Shown: positions 25,970 to 27,018 of the stretch, in pieces
Layout: each line of letters begins with the position of its first letter
Position numbering within the stretch: position 1 is the stretch's first letter
NCBI GenBank assembly: GCA_031366795.1
Contig: JANLOX010000329.1
Location: 1-27,018, forward strand
Direction of reading: 5' to 3'
Length of the DNA stretch: 27,018 nucleotides
Origin: Candidatus Eiseniibacteriota bacterium
GTDB taxonomy: Bacteria; Eisenbacteria; RBG-16-71-46
Position numbers and translations under genes: made by a program
Notes under the pieces: model-generated
Seen by the model: only the letters and a program-made list of their open reading frames with translations
Told to the model about the DNA's origin: nothing
The model's database searches: none

Positions 25970-27018
25970 GCGATCTCCTTCGACCAGCGAACACGTAAGG
26001 ACGGCCAGCGGCCGACCAGCGCCCTGATCACTTCATCGCCCTCGGCGACACGATAGCGGCGCGCCCGCGTCTCCTCCCGGGAGCCGTCGGACATGACGAT
26101 GAGAAGATACACATCTGCGTCCCCACGATGCGAATTGAGGATGCCGTCCACGGATTCTAGCCATTCCTCGGTCAGCTCCACGGCCCGCATCTCCAGCTTG
26201 AGCGAGGGCCGGTAGGCTGCGCGGGCGCTGCTCCAGGGCATCACCTCCGCCGCCAGCAATTTGGTGCCGCGGTCGTCGCGCGACTCCATCTTGCCGTTGA
26301 TGACCACGATCTCGTCGATGATGAAGTAGCGGTTCGAGGACTCGTAGACGTCCGGGAACACCGTGGCCTCGATGCGACCGGTCAGGTCCTCGAGCGTCAG
26401 CACCGCCATGCGGTGGCCCTTCTTCGTGACGACATTCTTGATCTCACTAATCAACGCCGCAACCCGCACTTCGGTGCCATCCGGCAACTCGGCTAGCCCT
26501 GCTATGTCGTGGCTCACGACGGAGTCGATTTCCTTGCGCAGCGGTGCCATTGGGTGATCGGACAGGAAGAAGCCGAGCGCTTCCTTCTCCTTGCTCGTGC
26601 GTTCCTTGGGCGTCCACGCCTGCGCCATCGGGAGTCGCGGGAGTGCCACGGTCGCAGTGGCGCCGCCGGGCTCGCCGAACAACGACGACTGCCCGCTCGC
26701 CCGCTCGCGCTGCAGCACCGCGGCCTGCTCGAGTGCCACGCCGGCCGCCGCGAACAACTGCCCACGCTCAGGTCCCATGGCATCGCACGCACCGGCCGCG
26801 ACGAGGCTCTCGAGCACGCGCTTGTTCACGGCCTTGCTGTCGATCCGCGCCGCGAGATCGAAGATGTCGCGGAATTGCCCCGCCGCGCGCGCCGAGACGA
26901 TCGCATCGACGGCACCCTGCCCCACATTGCGCACCGCACCCATGGCGTAGCGGATCTTGCCGTCCTCGAGCGTGAACTTCCACCCGGAGAGCGAGGCATC
27001 GGGCGGCAGGATCTCGAG
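25966..27018 (-). CDS. dnaE: DNA polymerase III alpha subunit, C-terminal part (5' end outside the window)
   Basis: Frame open to the right edge (LEILPPDASLSGWKFTLEDGKIRYAMG); HhH-like AVRNVGQGAV; NKRVLESLVAAGACD; clamp-binding QSSLF (26677-26691); EKEALGFFLSDHP; OB fold KKGHRMAVLTLEDLTGRIEATVFP; dnaE-accA adjacency. Confidence 0.95.
   Translation of the reverse strand, partial: LEILPPDASLSGWKFTLEDGKIRYAMGAVRNVGQGAVDAIVSARAAGQFRDIFDLAARIDSKAVNKRVLESLVAAGACDAMGPERGQLFAAAGVALEQAAVLQRERASGQSSLFGEPGGATATVALPRLPMAQAWTPKERTSKEKEALGFFLSDHPMAPLRKEIDSVVSHDIAGLAELPDGTEVRVAALISEIKNVVTKKGHRMAVLTLEDLTGRIEATVFPDVYESSNRYFIIDEIVVINGKMESRDDRGTKLLAAEVMPWSSARAAYRPSLKLEMRAVELTEEWLESVDGILNSHRGDADVYLLIVMSDGSREETRARRYRVAEGDEVIRALVGRWPSLRVRWSKEIA

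Noticed and set aside
7941..26056. Other long plus-strand ORFs (7941-9410, 10955-12211, 21482-22690, 24848-26056 and others)
   Set aside because: All lie opposite motif-supported minus-strand genes; stop-codon scarcity at high GC explains them.
1..27018. Frequent TCGA/CTCGAG/CGCG words; possible tRNA, CRISPR or IS elements
   Set aside because: Word frequency is explained by codon usage (CTC-GAG, GTC-GAC); intergenic gaps are at most 120 bp, and no RNA-gene, array or transposase signature was visible by eye.

Overview
GC-rich bacterial window (roughly 68-70% GC by eye) with 16 co-directional genes, all on the minus strand and many overlapping at stop/start codons. In transcription order (right to left): dnaE (3' part), accA, a small Trm112-like protein, then an eight-gene cell-envelope block, then a DinG/YoaA Fe-S helicase and histidine utilisation genes hutH, hutU, hutI and a fused formiminotransferase-cyclodeaminase (truncated at the left edge). 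The envelope block comprises porU-like C25 sortase, porV-like barrel, an M6 metalloprotease with FG-GAP propeller and T9SS-type C-terminal domain, two paralogous DUF5683-like proteins, an NHL-repeat protein, a ~1120 aa protein with SprA-like motifs and a 3-POTRA Omp85/TamA-like protein. Type IX secretion (T9SS) genes in such GC-rich DNA suggest an FCB-superphylum organism, possibly a candidate phylum such as Ca. Eisenbacteria (inference only). The envelope block is the most interesting element: it may be an uncharacterised T9SS-associated outer-membrane module with its own Omp85 and a candidate sigma-54 promoter before porV. No RNA genes, CRISPR arrays or mobile elements were seen. All family calls come from motif recognition, not database searches.
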